The notes: generated by a model not told the origin, from the letters alone. Counted from the stretch's first letter, positions 40,205 through 54,376 are shown. The stretch: DNA of 64,000 nucleotides from Octopus vulgaris (GCA_951406725.2 OX597823.1:18600001-18664000), one strand, 5' to 3'. Numbers and translations are program-made.

Positions 40205-40360
40205 TAACATATCATAATGCGATTTAAAGCGATATGTTTTATCCAAACCATTGACTAATAAAATGAAGAACTCGCTCCAACTAGGATTTTTTTCAGTCAA
40301 TTGTTTAGATGTAAAATGTCGCTTTAAATCGGAGTTTATAAATTGTTATGATTGATATAT
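40205..40360. mobile_element. Small diverged MITE-like inverted repeat
   Basis: cgatttaaagcga...attgact is inverted at agtcaat...tcgctttaaatcg. Confidence 0.45.
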
Positions 40361-40485
40361 TACTATATAGTTGTTATTGTATAAAAAATGTCTTTACTTT
40401 ATCTCCTCCGTAACTTATCAAGCCACCGGGTTTGTTTACAAATATTATGTATGTATGTATGTATGTATGTATGTATGTATGTATG

Positions 40486-40546
<61 letters not shown>

Positions 40547-41477
40547 GACAGGCTTCTTTCAGTTTCCGTCTACCAAATCCGCTCATCGGGCTTTGGCTGA
40601 CTGCAGGCTATAGTAAAAGACACTTGCCCAAGGTGCCACGCGGTGAGACTGAACTCAGAACCATGTAGTTGAAAAGCAAGATTCTTACCACACAGCCACG
40701 CCTGCGCCATATAATTGGTTCTACTTTAGGCACAAGGCCTGAAATTTTGTGGGAAGAGACTTAATCCGTTTGTCTGTCCTTGTTTGTCCTCTCTGTGTTT
40801 ATCCCCTTGTGGGTAGTAAAGAAATAGGTATTTCGTCTGCCGTTACGTTCTGAGTTCAAATTCCGCCGAGGTCGACTTAGCCTTTCATCCTTTCGGGGTC
40901 GATAAATTAAATACCGGTTGCGTACTGGAGTCGATGTAATGGTCTTAATCTCTTTGTCTGTCCTTGTTTGTCCCCTCAATGTTTAGCCCCCTGTGGGCAA
41001 TAAAGAAATATATATATATAATATCTTATCAAGAAGTGCTGGAAAAAAATGTCCGATCTCTTACAGGAATCGAACCTCATGTCTGCTGCAAACCGTGTGG
41101 TCGTACTAATCGACACACTCAGAGACAAGCGCGCGCGCGCACCTATGTATGTATATAGGTATGTATGTATGTAGGTGGGTAGGTAGGCAGGTATGTAGGT
41201 AGGTATGTGGATATTGTTTGCACTTACAGGAGTGGCTGATTTGTGTGTATGTGTGTGAGAGAGAGACAGAGACAGAGACAGAGAGTAGCTGGGTGTACTT
41301 TGAATGTCTATGTGTGTGAAAGTGTGTATATATGCCTTTTGTTGCACAATCTGGAATTATTGGCATAAACAAACCTGGAATGTGGAATATTCATTGTGTC
41401 AGCACATAACAATACCAACGACGACGACAATGACACCACCACCACCACCACCACCAACAACAACAACAACGACAGCA

Positions 41478-41509
<32 letters not shown>

Positions 41510-42297
41510 CATTAATACTACTACTTCGTAGTTCACACACCCACCGACGAATCTCAAGGCTAGTGCATGTGGTAGTATCGTGCGCCGCTGTCGCTGCTGC
41601 TGCTAGTGTTGCTGCTGCTGCTGCTGATGATGATGATGATAGTAATGATGGTGATGATGATGATGATGGTAACGGAGGCAGGCTCTACAACCACGCGCGC
41701 GCGCACCCATACCCAAACACGAATAAGAAGCTATCACTCCCGCCACCTCTACTCTAATGAACTTCTACGTGGTCACTGTACCTGCTAGAAATAGCAGGTA
41801 CAGTGACCACGTAGAAGCTGATTAGAAGTTCACACCAAAGTTCACATCAAACTAAAGACAACTGAATAAAGTAGTCCCAGATATACAAATGGGATGGTTA
41901 CGGCTGGAGAGCCTTTTAATACTTTTGTTGTTGTGTTTAGCCCAAAGTTGTCCAGGGTCAAGCAACAATTACAATAACAACAACAATTACATCAAGAGAG
42001 TCGATGTCAGTGCTAAAATTAGATGAAAAGCCCGGGGGCTTTTCATCTAAATCATGTGCGGACCTTCCAGATCCCTCACATTCAAGACTAGAATTACATG
42101 TACACCTTGGCTGGCGGCCCCTTAGATTCTGTGGGTCTAGGTTTCTGCCAACAAAGCCGGTAGGTAAGGCCACTACTGGTCAGTGTCTATGACAGAACCC
42201 TTACGTGTTCATTAGCCCATGCTAGAAAGAGCAACCTAAATCCATCGGATTACCACCACCGACGATCATAAAAAGCATGACAAAGAATATATTAGAT

Positions 42298-42556
42298 CAG
42301 TGGTTTTCAATCTTGTTTCATGTGACCCTTGTGGGGTCCGTATAAGATTTTGTTATCAAAATTTATCTCCAATAAATTGTTTATACTTCCACAATACACA
42401 AAATGTTCTAACCCTTTTTTTTTAAGTACAATTTCTAATAATATTTAATTACAAAAATATGATTTTTTTTTTTTTTAAGGGAATGGTTAGAAAGGTCGAC
42501 GCGAGTAGAATAAGAATGAAAGGAATTCATAGGTAAAAAGTGGTTGAGAAACACTG
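42298..42556. mobile_element. hAT (Charlie-like) MITE remnant
   Basis: Termini CAGTGGTTTTCAA...TTGAGAAACACTG. Confidence 0.45.
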
Positions 42557-43874
42557 CATTTCCCAACGTTGGGCATATGCCCCACCGGATGGGGCCTGGG
42601 AAAATTGTGGTGGGCCGTGGGATCCAACTTTTATTTTCATTTTTTTAAAGTGAGACATGGAATTGTAAAAATCGTTTTTTCGCAGCAAACACACTTTTTT
42701 TGGAAGCACTCCGTCGGTAACGACGATGAGGGTTCCGGTTGATCCGAATCAACGGAACAGCCTGCTCGTGAAATTAACGTGTAAGTGGCTGAGCACTCCA
42801 CAGACACGTGTACCCTTAATGTAGTTCTCAGGGATATTCAGCGTGACACAGAGAGTGACAAGGCCGGCCCTTTGAAATACAGGTACAACAGAAACAGGAA
42901 GTAAGAGTGAGAGAAAGTTGTGGTGAAAGAGTACAGCAGGGATCACCACCATGCCCTGCCGGAGCAGGTGTTTTCGCTCAATAAACACTCACAACGCCCG
43001 GTCTGGGAATCGAAACCACGATCCTATGACCGCGAGTCTGCTGCCCTAACCACTGGGCCATTGCGCCTCCACGCACACTATAGATATACTCAGCCTAGCA
43101 AAACCAATCCCTCCAGCCAAGCAGACTGTCTGAAGACAGTTAGCAACTCAAAAAATTCCACCGAGGTCGACTTTGCCTTTCATCCCTTTCGGGGTCGATA
43201 AATTAAGTACCAGTTGCGTACTGGGGTCAATCTAATCGACTGGCCGCTTCCCCCAAAATTTCAGGCCTTGTGCCTAGAGTAGAAAAGAATATTTGTGTAT
43301 GGAGCACAGTGGATTAGCAGAATTGTTAGAGATTGTAACAAAATGCTTTGCAGGTTTCTAATTCTCACTTTTTATAGTTTTGAGTTCAAATCCGGCTGAT
43401 GCTAATTTTTCATGCTCGTGCTGGTACCACAGGAAAAGCACTGGTGATGGTTCCACTTTGCCTTTCATTCCTTTCGGGGTCGATAAATTAAGTACCAGTT
43501 GCGTACTGGGGTCAATCTAATCGACTGGCCGCCTCCCCTAAAATTTCGGTCCTTGCGCCTAGAGTAGAAAAGAATATTATTCCTTGGCAATGGAAGAAGA
43601 CGAGCTGGCAGAGTCGTTAGCACGCCGGGCGAAATGCTTAGCGTTATTTCGCCCATTGCTATGTTCTGAGTTCAAATTCCGCCGAGGCTGACTTTTCCTT
43701 TCATACCTTTCGGGGTCGATAAATTAAGTACCAGTTGCGTACTGGAGTCGATCAAATCGACTGGCCACCTCGCCAAAAATTTGGGGCCTTGTGCCAAGTG
43801 TAGAAAAGACAATTTGCAACAGTATAGTGCTATTTTAATGCATTAGTGTGGGTACTTCTTTAAGGAATATATAT

Positions 43875-44068
43875 TCTTTTATTTGTTTCAGTAATTTGAC
43901 TGTAGCCATGCTGGAGCACGGCCTTTAGTCATACAAGTCGACCCCAGGACTTATTCTTTGTAAGGTTAGTACTAATTCTATCGGTCGCTTTTGCCAAACC
44001 ACTACGTTACGGGGGACATAAACACACCAACATCGGTTGTCAAGCGATGGTTGGTGGGACAAACAAGT

Positions 44069-44103
<35 letters not shown>

Positions 44104-44262
44104 CGACAGATTTCTTTCAGTTTCCGTCTACCAAATCCACTCACAAGGCTTTGGTCGGCCGGAAGCTATAGTAGAAGACACTTGCCCAAGATGTCACGCA
44201 GTGGGACTGAACTTAGAGCCACATGGTTGGGAAGGAAGCTTATTACCACACAGCTATTCCTA
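43875..44262 (-). mobile_element. SINE-A copy
   Basis: Homologous to 57857-58292. Confidence 0.8.
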
Positions 44263-45657
44263 ATTATGAAATATTAAAAATAAAGTTGTTTTCATCCAAC
44301 CATAGGTGGGACATACATTTTTCTGGAAATTTATAGCAGGGCCTGGGGGAAAAGGTTGGGAAACACTAACCTAGATATACAAAAAGAGAGGGTGGCCACT
44401 GTGGGAATGCTTTTTGTCCACAGGTTTGGTCAAAGAGAGCTGACCTGGGGCTAAACAACGACAACAATAGCAGCTAAGAGCTTCGAGTCTATGTGGAGGG
44501 TCTCTCTGTGCAGTTGCTTGACCGGCAAGATCAAGCCTTTATGTTCTTAACATAGGAAGAACACATTGGATGATGTAGTACTAGGTACACTGTGTCAACG
44601 AAGAAGCTTTTATTTATTAATTCGACTTCCTAGAAATAGACGCCAAACCTCTAGCAAAACGTGCTACGGTCTTAAAACTGGGGGGGGGCGCACATTGAAT
44701 AATGTAATCCTGAATACACTATGCCAACGAGGAAGCCTATATTTATTTGCTCGACTTGCGAAATATAGGCGCCAAATTCGCAGTAAATCACCCACCGCGA
44801 TTTTAAAAGAAGCAGGGCACATTAGTTCTGAAATAAAATTAAAAAAACGGGATGGTCACAACTGGAACTCCTTAGGTCATAGGTCTGTTGGATTTAGGTT
44901 GACCTAGGGCTAAATACATCAAGACGCAGTCACAGCAGAAACAACAGCAACAGTGGAGGCGCAATGGCCCAGTGGTTAGGGCAGTGGACTCGCAGTCGTA
45001 AGAAAGCGGTTTCGATTCCCAGACCGGGCATTGTGAGTGTTTATTGAGCAAAAGACACCTAAGCTCCACGAGGCTCCAGCGGGGTGGGGTGAACAACGCT
45101 GTACTCTTCACCACAACTTTCTCTTACTCTTTCTTCCTACTTTTGCTACAAATTAGAGGAACCATAGTGTAACCCACTATAGTGTGGTAAACTTTCAGAC
45201 CCTAGTCTAGAATGCGAATCATTTGTACCCCGGGATGGTTCAGCTCTCCACCCGTTAAAAAGCCACTGTTTACGGAATGAGGATAACAACGTAGCTTTCG
45301 CGCCTGTGCAACCGCCAGTCTATCGCGTGTGCTGGGTGGACCTACAAGTTGCCACACGCATTCTTAGTAGCTTAGAGTAGGCTCGAATTAGAGATTATTC
45401 TTAGTGGCTAATGGCGGGAGTCCTGATTGGAAGAAGAAGAAGACAGCAACACAAACATGCGTGTGTATGTCTACATATGTATGTGTGTGTGTATATATAT
45501 GCATGTATATGTGTGTGTGTGTGTATGTGTATGTGTGTGTGTGTGTGTGTGTAGGGCAATGTGAGAGCAGAAAGAGAGACAAATTGGTACGATCGTTACA
45601 GGGTCGGACAAGATACTGTTTTTTTTGGCATTTGTTTAGGTTCTTTACAGTTAGGAT

Positions 45658-46038
45658 GGTGTAGGAGTGGCTGTGTGGTAAGTAGCTTGCTTACCAACCA
45701 CATGGTTCTGTGTTCAGTCCCACTGCGTGGCACCTTGTGAGTGGATTTGGTAGACGGAAACTGAAAGAAGCCCGTCGCATATATGTGTGTGTGTGTGTGT
45801 GTGCGTGTGTTTGTGTGCTTGTGTGTCTGTGTTTGCCCCCCCAACATCGTTTGACAATCGATGCTGGTGTGTTTACGTTCCCGTAACTTAGCGGTTCGGC
45901 AAAAAGAGAACCGATAGAATAAGTACTAGGCTTACAAAGAAGAAGTCCTGGGGTCGATTTGCTCGACTGAAGGCGGTGCTCCAGCATGGCCGCAGTCACA
46001 TGACTGAAACCAGTAAAAGAGTAAAAAGAGTAAAAGAG
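45658..46038 (+). mobile_element. SINE-A copy with a microhomology (ccttg) deletion
   Basis: The segment between ggcaccttg and aaagccttg is missing. Confidence 0.8.
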
Positions 46039-46184
46039 GGCCGGAATGTCTTTGATCGTAGGGCTGGCGTGACCCTGGGCTAAACAGCAACAGCGGCGTT
46101 CGAGAATGTCCCACTCTTTATACAATCTGCATATCACACATCACTATCACAGCTGTCTCAGCAAGTCTCACTTTCTCTCACTCT

Positions 46185-46237
<53 letters not shown>

Positions 46238-46360
46238 GTATACACACACACGCGCGCGCACACACAATCATTGCTTGTTTCTAATTTACACACTCATTGT
46301 AATAACTATGTTGTAATCCACACTGCAACACCACCTTCATCTCCTGTTTCTTTCTTTCTC

Positions 46361-46414
<54 letters not shown>

Positions 46415-46854
46415 GCTCACTTTGTGTGTGCGTGTGTTGGTGTGTCTGTGCATATGTGTGTGTGTGTGTGTCTATGTGTGTGTCTTTGTGTGTCTGTGTG
46501 TATGTGTGTATGTGTGTGTCTGTCTGTGTATGTGTCTATCTGTGTGTATGTACGTATGTATGTGTGCCTGTGTGTGTATATGTGTCTGTGTGTGTATATG
46601 CGTGTGTGTATATGTGTGTTTGTATATGTGTGTGCTGTTTGTGTGTGTGTGTCTCTGTCTATATCTGTGTATGTGTGTGTCTGTCTGTATCTGTGTGCGT
46701 GTGTGTATGTGTGTATGTGTGTGTTTGTGTGAACCACGGCTTTCACTACAAAACCGCCATTATAGTAAAATACCAGTCCGTATGTCCGCCGGACCCCTCC
46801 ACTCTCTCATTATTAAAACCCGGTCGAAATCATGAATTTGTGGGATTATTTCTG

Positions 46855-46924
<70 letters not shown>

Positions 46925-47251
46925 ACCTTTCTCTCTCGCTTTACTGTACCTGTGTGTATGTGTCTACATATGTAAGTGCCTAGCCAGGGTGAGCATATGT
47001 ATAATTTCGTATAATATTTCATGTGTGCGTATTGTATGTGCGTGTGTATGTGTGTGTGTGTATGTGTGTGTGTGTGTATCTATATGTATATATTTTTATG
47101 TATGTATGTATGTATGTATGTATGTATGTATGTATGTATGTATGTATATGAATGGTTATACATACATAGAGAGGGCAAATGTGGGCGTATAAAAGATGGG
47201 CATGTGTGTGTCTACACATTTATATACGTCCATATGCATATATGTGTACGC

Positions 47252-47296
<45 letters not shown>

Positions 47297-47719
47297 ACTC
47301 AAATATGTGTGTGTACATACATACACACATACACACACATACACAAACAAACATATATATATATACATATATACATGCATTCATATGTTTATGCATGCGA
47401 CGTGTATATATGTTTGTATGTGCGTATGGGCTCGTGTTTCTGTATATGTGTATATATGTGAGCATGTTGATGTGCATACGTATGTGCATGTATGCATGTA
47501 TGTGTGTGTGTGTATGTGTGTATGTAGAAGAGAGAGAGGGAGAAAGAGCGAGTGGGAAGGAAGAGAGAGAGAGAGAGAGAGAAGGGCGAAAGAGAGAGGA
47601 AGAGAGAGAGAGAGAATGCATGACATTCAGCCAGATCCAACGACAGTGAAGATTAATTGAAGTAGATTTTTTAATGGCATGTAATAGCTTCCTTTAATTT
47701 CTGGTAGATTGGTGTATGT

Positions 47720-47970
47720 AGGTGGCGGCGGCAGTGGTGGTGGTGGTGGTGGTGGTGGTGGTGGCGTCGGTGGAGGTGGCGGTGATTGTGGCGGTGGTGG
47801 TGCTGGTGGTGGTGGTGGCGGCGGCGGTGGTGGTGGTGGCGGCGGTGGTGGTGGTGGTGGTGGTGGCGGCGGCGGTGGTGGTGATGGTGGTGATGACGGC
47901 GGTGGTGGTGGTGGTGGTGGTGGCGGCGGCGGTGGTGGTGGCGGTGGTGATGGTGGTGGTGATGGTGGCG
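47720..47970. repeat. (GGT/GGC)n microsatellite
   Basis: Seen directly in the sequence. Confidence 0.95.
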
Positions 47971-48562
47971 ATGCAGAGGGTATTGACTTGATGTGAAGGG
48001 TGGGAGGTCAGGAAGGGAATGACTACCGATGTGAGGCAGAGGTGGGCACTGGTGTAGTATGGGGGACAGTCAGGAGACGACGAATGGGCATTGATGTAGT
48101 GCAGGAGGAAGGGGAAGGGGTCAGGAATGGGTATTGATGTAAGGGAGAAGGGGGGTGGAAGGGATGCCAGTTTAGTGGAGGAGGGTAGTGGGGGTTTGTT
48201 GTAGTGGGTATGGGTGTGTGGAGAAAATTGATGAAGAGATACGGTGGGGAGCGGAGGTGGGGGGTGATAATAGATCGATAGTTAACAATAACGATTTCTG
48301 AAATAAGACGAGGCTATACATTGATGAGAGGGAGTAGAGAGGAAAGGGGAGGGATGCAGTCGATATCATCGACCCCCAATATTTCACTGGTATTTTATTT
48401 TCCAGATCCCGGAAGGATGATAAAACAAATACCGACCTTGGCGATATTTGAACTCAGAACATAAAGGGGTGTACAGTTCTGTATTTAAAAGACGAGGAAT
48501 TATTTACTTTATTTACATTATTTACATTTGAAAAAATATTTGTCCTCATCTTGTTTGTTGAT

Positions 48563-48608
48563 AACACAACGTTTCGGCTGATATACCCTCTAGCCTTCAT
48601 CAGGTGCC
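48563..48608 (-). ncRNA. Minimal type I hammerhead ribozyme
   Basis: Stem I GGCAC/GTGTT, core CUGAUGA(A), stem II GGCU/AGCC, GAAA, loopless palindromic stem III ACGU, GUU cleavage triplet. Confidence 0.75.
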
Positions 48609-48656
48609 TTGGGGGAAATTTCGAACCTGAGTTCTCATTCCTAAGGTATTTTTCGA

Positions 48657-48690
<34 letters not shown>

Positions 48691-48805
48691 GAGTGAGAGA
48701 GCAGTGCATGCCATCAGAGTAACACTGGGGTAAAATATACGAAGCCCAATATAGCCATCATGACTACCCGTTTGATAAGGGTACACTAGGCACATGTATC
48801 ACAAC

Positions 48806-48806
<1 letters not shown>
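48691..48806 (-). mobile_element. 5'-truncated retroelement 3' end inserted in (AAT)n
   Basis: Unique 116-bp segment flanked on both sides by (TTA)n inside the hammerhead SINE. Confidence 0.5.
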
Positions 48807-48857
<51 letters not shown>

Positions 48858-48942
48858 GTTGTTATTGTTCAGATCACTACTTGGAATCAAACTCGGAATC
48901 TTGGGGTTAGTACCCCGCGCTCTTAACCACTACGCCGTATGC

Positions 48943-49166
48943 CCGAGTTCGATTCCAAGCAGTGACCTGAACGATAATAACAACAACAACAACAACAACG
49001 ACAATAATAATAATAACATCGAAAAATACCTTAGGAATGAGAACCCAGGTTCTAAATTTCCCCAAGACACCTACAGAAGGCTGGAGGGTAAATCAGCCGA
49101 AACGTTGTGTTAACAAACATGATGAGGACAAATATCCGTCGAATGTAAATAATGTAAATAATGTAT
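48943..49166 (+). mobile_element. 5'-truncated inverted copy of the same hammerhead SINE
   Basis: Starts at the B box, directly abutting the head of the minus copy. Same body, with the core mutated to CTACAGA. Confidence 0.8.
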
Positions 49167-49301
49167 AAAGGGATGTAATCTCAATGGGTAATACATCTAG
49201 TCCGGCACTCTACCGATTATGCCAAACAGTCCCGTCTCCCTACTGTGTAACGAATGTTTCTAATTCAGGTACCAGGCCAGTAATTTTGATGCTATAAGCC
49301 C

Positions 49302-49568
49302 TTGTCTGCTGCTCGTCAGGTTGAGAAAAGCAAACTGTCAGCGTATCGGTCGCTCTCTGACAGGTCTATGGTCAAGCCTGTGACAGTAGAAACCTCCGGT
49401 TTTCTCAGTCCCTGGGCCATATCTCTGCTCACCGTTATCAGGGCGGAGATGGCTATGCGCAAGCGCAAGCCTCGTGAGTGTGAGCGGCTGTTCCAGTGCA
49501 TATCCCTCGCTGTCCTCCGGGTGCAACGCCTTTTCCATTTTGTCTGCCGGGACCATGAGACAGTCTGA
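49302..49568 (+). pseudogene. Restriction-like endonuclease C-terminus of a CRE/NeSL-type non-LTR retrotransposon
   Basis: AARQVEKSKLSAYRSL...PVTVETSG...ERLFQCISLAVLR(GNA), matching the AE..K..KY / P.A.ET.G / FQR.S.A..RGNA pattern. Confidence 0.7.
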
Positions 49569-50184
49569 GTTACAGAAAATCGAGAGAATGTAAGACAGAT
49601 AATTGTGAATGGGTTTTAAACCAACAACAGTCAATATTTCTTCATTAACTGAGGGAAAAATAATCCAGGGCCGGTCCCAGGAATTTTTCGAAAGGAGGGC
49701 ACGAGGTCTGAAAGTAATACAATTCCAGGAGAAAAGGGAGTAATAACATTATATAGAGGGGTGCACTTCTTTTTTTTTGAGGGTGGGGCACACGCCCATC
49801 AGCACACACACCCTCCCCGGGTCAGCTCATGGAATCCATTATTTCGGTTCCGAGTTAGTCGATAACATCAACCCAAAGTCTTTAGTTGTTCCTTTATCAA
49901 CTCGAAGAAATAACTGTGTAAGGTTGACCCAGATGGAATATGAACTCAGAACGTAAAGATTTGGGACAAATGTCGCGTGGAATTTATTTTCATACATTTT
50001 TCTCCCGATCCTCTGCCACACCCCATTCAGTAATGAAACCAATGATTTGTAACAAAGGCATTTCCTTCTTTGTGCTATGAGGTCAACGAATGGTTCCTGA
50101 TGAGTGCGTTCACAGAACACTGTGTGATTGTTACGGAATTTTGCGACAGGGTACAAAATTGGTTTCCTATTACTTTTTTTTTTT

Positions 50185-50583
50185 TTACTTGCTTCAGTCA
50201 TTTGACTGCGGCCATGCTGGAGCACCGCCTTTAATCGAGCAACTCGACCCCGGACTTATTCTTTTGTAAGCCCAGTACTTATTCTATCGGTCTCTTTTGC
50301 CGAACCGCTAAGTGACGGGGACATAAACACACCAGCATTGGTTGTCAAACAATGCTAGGGGGACAAACACAGACACACAAATGCACACACACATACACAT
50401 ACATATATATATATACATATATACGACAGGCTTCTTTCAGTTTCCGTCAACCAAATCCACTCACAAGGCTTTGGTCGGCCTGAGGCTATAGTAGAAGACA
50501 CTTGCCCAAGGTGCTACGCAGTGGGACTGAACCCAGAACCATGTGGTTGGTAAACAAGCTACTTACTACACAGCCACTCCTGC
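50185..50583 (-). mobile_element. SINE-A copy
   Basis: Homologous to 57857-58292. Confidence 0.85.
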
Positions 50584-51557
50584 AAGATGCCATCTTGTCA
50601 GTTAAAGGCAATATTAAGAGAGAAAAAGAGAGAGTGGGAGAGTGAAAGAGAGTGTGTGAGGGAGTGAGGGAGTGAGTGAGTGAGTGAGTGAGTGAGAAAA
50701 TGAATGGGAGAGAACCCAGAACTTCACAGATATTTTATTTATCGACCAAAAGGCAAAGTTGACCTAGGTGGAATTCGAACCCAGTGTTCAGAGACAGAGA
50801 ACAAATACTCTCTAACAACTCCTCCAATTCGCTCAATGAAGGGACAGTCGATTAAATCGATCCCGCCTGTAATGACTGGTACTTTATGTTAAGGATTTCA
50901 GAAAGATGAAAGACAAAGAACACCTCTACGAAATTTCAACTGCGTACGTAAGCTAGCATAACTAAATGCCACTTCGAGATTTGTCTGCCAGTCATAGCAT
51001 TTGATTAGCATATCTGACATTGGTACTATATTTTGAAGGGAGGTACGTAGTACCAGATGTCGAATTAATCGACGGCAATATTTGATAAAGGGAGGCGCAA
51101 TGGCCCAGTGGTTAGGGCAGCGGACTCGCGGTCATAGGATCGCGGTTTCGATTCCCAGACCGGGCGTTGTGAGTGTTTATTGAGCGAAAACACCTAAAAG
51201 CTCCACGAGCCTCCGGCAGGGGATGGTCGTGATCCCTGCTGTACTCTTTCACCACAACTTTCTCTCACTCTTACTTCCTGTTTCTGTTGCACCTGTATTT
51301 CAAGGGGCCGGCCTTGTCACTTTCTGGTGGAAAACTTTTGGGAAAGAGTAGAATGTGAGAATGAGTGAGGGTAAGAGAGGACGTAATGAGAAAGAAATGG
51401 GAGGAAAAAGAGAGAGGAAGAGAGATTTAGAAAGAAAGAAAGAAAGAAAGAAAAAAGTGGAAGGAAGAGAGAGAGAGGAGGAAAGATTGTTTAGAGCTGG
51501 TAAATGCAATTCTGGAGAGAAAACTAGGAAAAAGTGAGTTACCATATAACAAAGATT

Positions 51558-51601
<44 letters not shown>

Positions 51602-51691
51602 AAGGGAGGAAGACAGCCTGTTAGACAGAAAGAGAGAGAGAGGAAAAGAGGAAAGTATTGTAGCAGTTTGGAGAAAGAAGTGCGTGCAGTT

Positions 51692-51753
<62 letters not shown>

Positions 51754-51768
51754 CAGATAAATAGACAG

Positions 51769-51823
<55 letters not shown>

Positions 51824-51959
51824 AAGAAAGAAAGAGAGAGATCAAAGTGTGTTTTAAATGTTTGATTATGAAATGAAGGATTTAGCGTAAAAGGCGAGAG
51901 ATTAAGACAAATGACAGGAAGTCTTGGAGATCAGAATTCTTATTAAACAATTGCTGGTC

Positions 51960-52024
51960 ACCACCTCCACCACAACCACCACCACCACAATCATCACCAC
52001 CACCACAACCACCTTCACCACCAT

Positions 52025-52060
<36 letters not shown>

Positions 52061-52236
52061 AACTACTACTACTTCTACTACTACCACCATCACTACTATT
52101 ATTACTATCACCTCCACCACTACATCAACAACACTACCACCGCAACCACTACAACTGTTACTACCACAACTGCTATAATAATTATAACCGCCACCATCAC
52201 TATTATTGCAAGTCACCACCACTGCCTCTGCTGTTG

Positions 52237-52282
<46 letters not shown>

Positions 52283-53100
52283 CACTACTGTTCATTCAAT
52301 CACTTCTACTGTCACTATTTCTCCTTCTTTGACTAATACTACCACCACCACTACTACCACCACCACCACCACCACCACTACCACCACCACCACCACCACC
52401 ATCACTACCAAAACCCCCACCTCAACCAATGACAACATAATTATTATCAGCATCAACAATAGCATCATCATCACCATCACCACCACCATCACAATCACCA
52501 TCACCATCATCCTCTCTCTTTATCAATGTCGCCATCACCGCCACCACTACCACAACCACTACCACCACCACCAACAACAACAACAAAACTACCACCACTA
52601 CCACCACCACCAGTACCAAAAACCCAATTACCTCCACCACCAACATTACTACCGCTATCACATTAACCCCTTCACATCAACACCTCAATCACCTCCACAT
52701 TAGTATCTACTCTTCCTTTTCCTCTACCACTACCTCCTCCTCTCATCCTCTTCCTCCTCTTCTTTCCCTCCTCCTCTGTCCTTCACCATCCACTTCATCT
52801 TCCTCCCCTTCCTCCTCTTTATCCTTCTCCCCTCCTCATCTTCCTTCTCTTCATCATCCTCTGCTTCCTTCTCTTCTTCCTCCACTTCTTCCACTCCTCT
52901 TCCTTCCTTTTCTTCCTTTTCTTCCTCCTCCTTCTCCTCTCCTTCCTCACACCGCCACCACCACTACAATCACCACCACCACCACCACTACAATCACCAC
53001 CACCACCACCACCACCCACGGTCACGATAACTACCAATCTCCAACACAGCCTCCACCATCACCACCAGCCTCCGTACCGCCGCGTCCACCACCGCCACCA
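51960..53100. repeat. (ACC/ACT/ATC/CCT)n low-complexity block
   Basis: Seen directly in the sequence. Confidence 0.9.
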
Positions 53101-53161
53101 CATTAATCAACCACAGATAGTAACACAACTTAATGCTTTAAGTTATAAGTGATTTTACTAT

Positions 53162-53192
<31 letters not shown>

Positions 53193-53296
53193 TTTCTGTT
53201 GGTTATTTGATTTACAGAAACCCCACCCTCACCCCGCCGCAACGTTATTTCTCACTCCACACCACATCGATATATCAATCACACACATCTCTCTCC

Positions 53297-53344
<48 letters not shown>

Positions 53345-53449
53345 TTCATTGCCTTCCAGACATAAAAGATAAACATACATACATACATACATACATACAG
53401 ACAGACAGACAAGACAGACAAGACAGAAAGACAAGACAGACAGACAGAA

Positions 53450-53484
<35 letters not shown>

Positions 53485-54314
53485 TACGTGTGTATATACA
53501 TCTGTGTATGAATGTTTGTATGTATAGAAATATGTGTGGGATAACGGTGACAAGATAACAGAAAGTTACGTTATCTCCTACATTAGCTTACGGCTGTTTC
53601 TGCAATCAGCAGCAGTACACTCAGAGATGTGTGCATTGCTACATGCTATAGCTCCCTCGGAGCTATTAAAATAACGTGCAGGTTTCTTTCGGAATGCAGT
53701 AAAATTCATCAAGTTAGTTACATTTCAGAAACACAATGTTGCAGTAGAGTATTAACGTATATTTGTACTCATACTTCTATATGTATGTGTAGATATATGC
53801 GTATTGTATGTACATCAATGCATAAATGAACACACATACATACGTATGCAAATCTGTACAACTATGGGCGTGGTTTCTTACCCTCAAACTATATTATACT
53901 GTTGTATGTATGGTTTTAAATGTACCCAATTTAACTTTTTTCCGAAATAAACAAAGACTTCATTTTAATGTTTCCGAGGAAGCTGAAGGCTATTGTACAT
54001 GCACTCAGTTGGGTGTACACTGCTTTTTAAAGCAGAAAGAGTTGTAAGCGAATGAAGGTGATTACTTAATTCTTGTTCTTTTGTTATTCATTGATTGATA
54101 ATATGATCTGTACTCGCCGGCGGCTTTACTTAAAATTTATCTATACTGAGTTCTAATAACTGGTTATTAGTATCACTGCGTCGAAGCTAAATCATAACAC
54201 ACACACACACACATATATAAGTGTGTTTGCGCAGGTACAGGTCTATAAATACTAATTTACAAAGACGACAGTAATTACATATATACATATAAGAGACCGA
54301 AGTGTACGTACGCC

Positions 54315-54369
<55 letters not shown>

Positions 54370-54376
<7 letters not shown>

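Larger units (their letters stand above)
48474..48944 (-). mobile_element. tRNA-headed SINE-like element containing a hammerhead ribozyme (full copy, interrupted)
   Basis: Head GGGCATACGGCGTAGTGGTTAAGAGCGCG...GAGTTTGATTCC has A and B boxes. It is followed by (AAT)n, then a body with GGCAC-CTGATGA-A-GGCT..AGCC-GAAAC-GTT-GTGTT. Confidence 0.8.

Noticed and set aside
42019-42050. 14-bp hairpin resembling a bacterial terminator
   Set aside because: Eukaryotic context, isolated, with no associated gene.
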